From the NCBI GenBank assembly GCA_040954595.2, contig CM082585.2:9288564-9352563 (forward strand): a DNA stretch of 64,000 bases. Direction: 5' to 3'. Under the pieces are notes generated by a model that was not told the origin of the DNA, searched no databases, and saw only the letters and a program-made list of their open reading frames with translations. Position 1 is the stretch's first letter. The number at the start of each line of letters is the position of its first letter. Shown one piece after another: positions 62,812-64,000 of this stretch. The position numbers and the translations under genes were made by a program. The stretch comes from Balanoglossus misakiensis. Its lineage: Eukaryota > Animalia > Hemichordata.

Positions 62812-64000
62812 TTTGCCAAGACACTTTTACCAAACTACCGATAGGCTTTTACAAAACTTTGATATAATGGCATTGGTCTATACATGTAATTATTTTTATT
62901 TTGAAACCTAAATGCTTGTCCTGCTGCTGTTGTGGACCGCGATAAATAGGTGCACCTAAGAATTCCAACAATTGTGTGTGTGCAAGTTGAAATCTTTAGT
63001 CATTTTTCGCTTCCATCGCAGGTAATGTTGGTTTACTGGTAAGCCCGGTCAGAGGTCATTATGACGGTTACTCTGACAAGAAGCTGAACAACAAGAGACT
63101 CCTGCGGAATGTCTTCAAAGACGGCGACTTGTATTCTAATATGGGTGATCTGATGCTCCTTGACAGGAATTACCGACTGCACTTCGTCGACAGGATCGGC
63201 GACACTTTCAGGTACAGGCCATGTTTCGTACCATGAAGCTGCGTTCTCCGTCAGTAAAGTGGTGTGCAGTTCGCAGGGGTTGAATAATCGCCGAAATTCC
63301 CTAAAACGATGCACGGAATTAATGATGACGATGCAGAGATCATCTTCATGCTCCCTGAAAATCATTCGTTTTAACAAATTTCAGATGGAAGGGAGAAAAT
63401 GTCTCTACCACAGAAGTTGAAAAAGTTATAGGAGTACACCCAGCAGTAAAATATGCTAATGTGTACGGAGTTAATATTCCGGGTAAATATATTTCAACCA
63501 TTTCGGTTGATTTTTTTTCTATGGACGTGTTTCCTTTAATGATATCTCTAGACTACGTTATAAATTGTAATAAACTTCATATTCTTCAAAACATCTCATG
63601 GTGACCGATTCCGAGGAACAACTTGATATAGCCGTAAGTTATGACAAGATTTTCATAATTCTTATCTGGTTAGATATTACAACGTCAGTGACATAGTCTA
63701 GTCAGGCAGATAGTTGAAATATCAATAATTTGGTTGTTGGTAACATTTTCAACATGGAAGAAATGTCAAGCGATATTTGCTTTGCCATCCCCATGTACTA
63801 TAGCTTGAAAGAAACTATTGAGAACAGATCCAAGTTTTGCTATAGATATAGCATTTTCTCTCTGAACCTAAATATTCATTTTATTTCTCGTACTTTAGGT
63901 CAGGATGGTCGCGCTGGTATGGCTGCCGTTGTTCTGAAGGACGACCAAAATTTCAATCCGAAGTCGTTTTATGACCACGTGACCGCATCTCTACCACTGT
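60394..64000 (+). CDS. SLC27/FATP family very-long-chain acyl-CoA synthetase (SLC27A2/A6-like), 3' truncated by the window
   Basis: Exons 60394-60874, 61247-61459, 61700-61858, 62042-62166, 62286-62480, 62661-62751, 63022-63211, 63385-63482, and 63899 onward. Motifs [51 protein letters not shown]. Confidence 0.93.
62777..62810. repeat. (GTT)n microsatellite in an SLC27 intron
   Basis: gttgttgtt... run. Confidence 0.85.

Noticed and set aside
1-64000. CRISPR arrays, tRNA/rRNA genes, autonomous transposase or reverse transcriptase
   Set aside because: None seen; tandem repeats are simple microsatellites without spacers. Small ncRNAs cannot be excluded without a covariance-model search.

Overview
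Intron-rich animal genomic DNA, probably from an invertebrate deuterostome such as a hemichordate (inferred from gene structure and repeats, not verified). 1-12.6 kb has no convincing CDS; it holds a TTAA-flanked MITE and a possible non-coding first exon of a gene running leftward. 12.7-42.5 kb is a head-to-tail array of seven divergent calmodulin-like genes (called CaML1-7 here), all on +, rebuilt by hand from splice sites. All share a 144-nt EF1 exon, one fused 240-252-nt exon and a short last exon, but they differ in N-termini, C-terminal tails and EF-hand loops. CaML7 appears to have two alternative N-termini: a short classical one and a long 68-aa exon. These seem split between CaML5 (short only) and CaML6 (long only), and exon 4 shows signs of gene conversion between CaML5 and CaML7. 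To the right are UGGT (minus, ends HTEL) head-to-head with WDR83/MORG1, an intronless signal-peptide serpin (minus, P1-P1' Arg-Met, ends RVEL), and an SLC27/FATP acyl-CoA synthetase cut off by the window end. All exon models and identity counts were done by eye and need RNA-seq or alignment to confirm.
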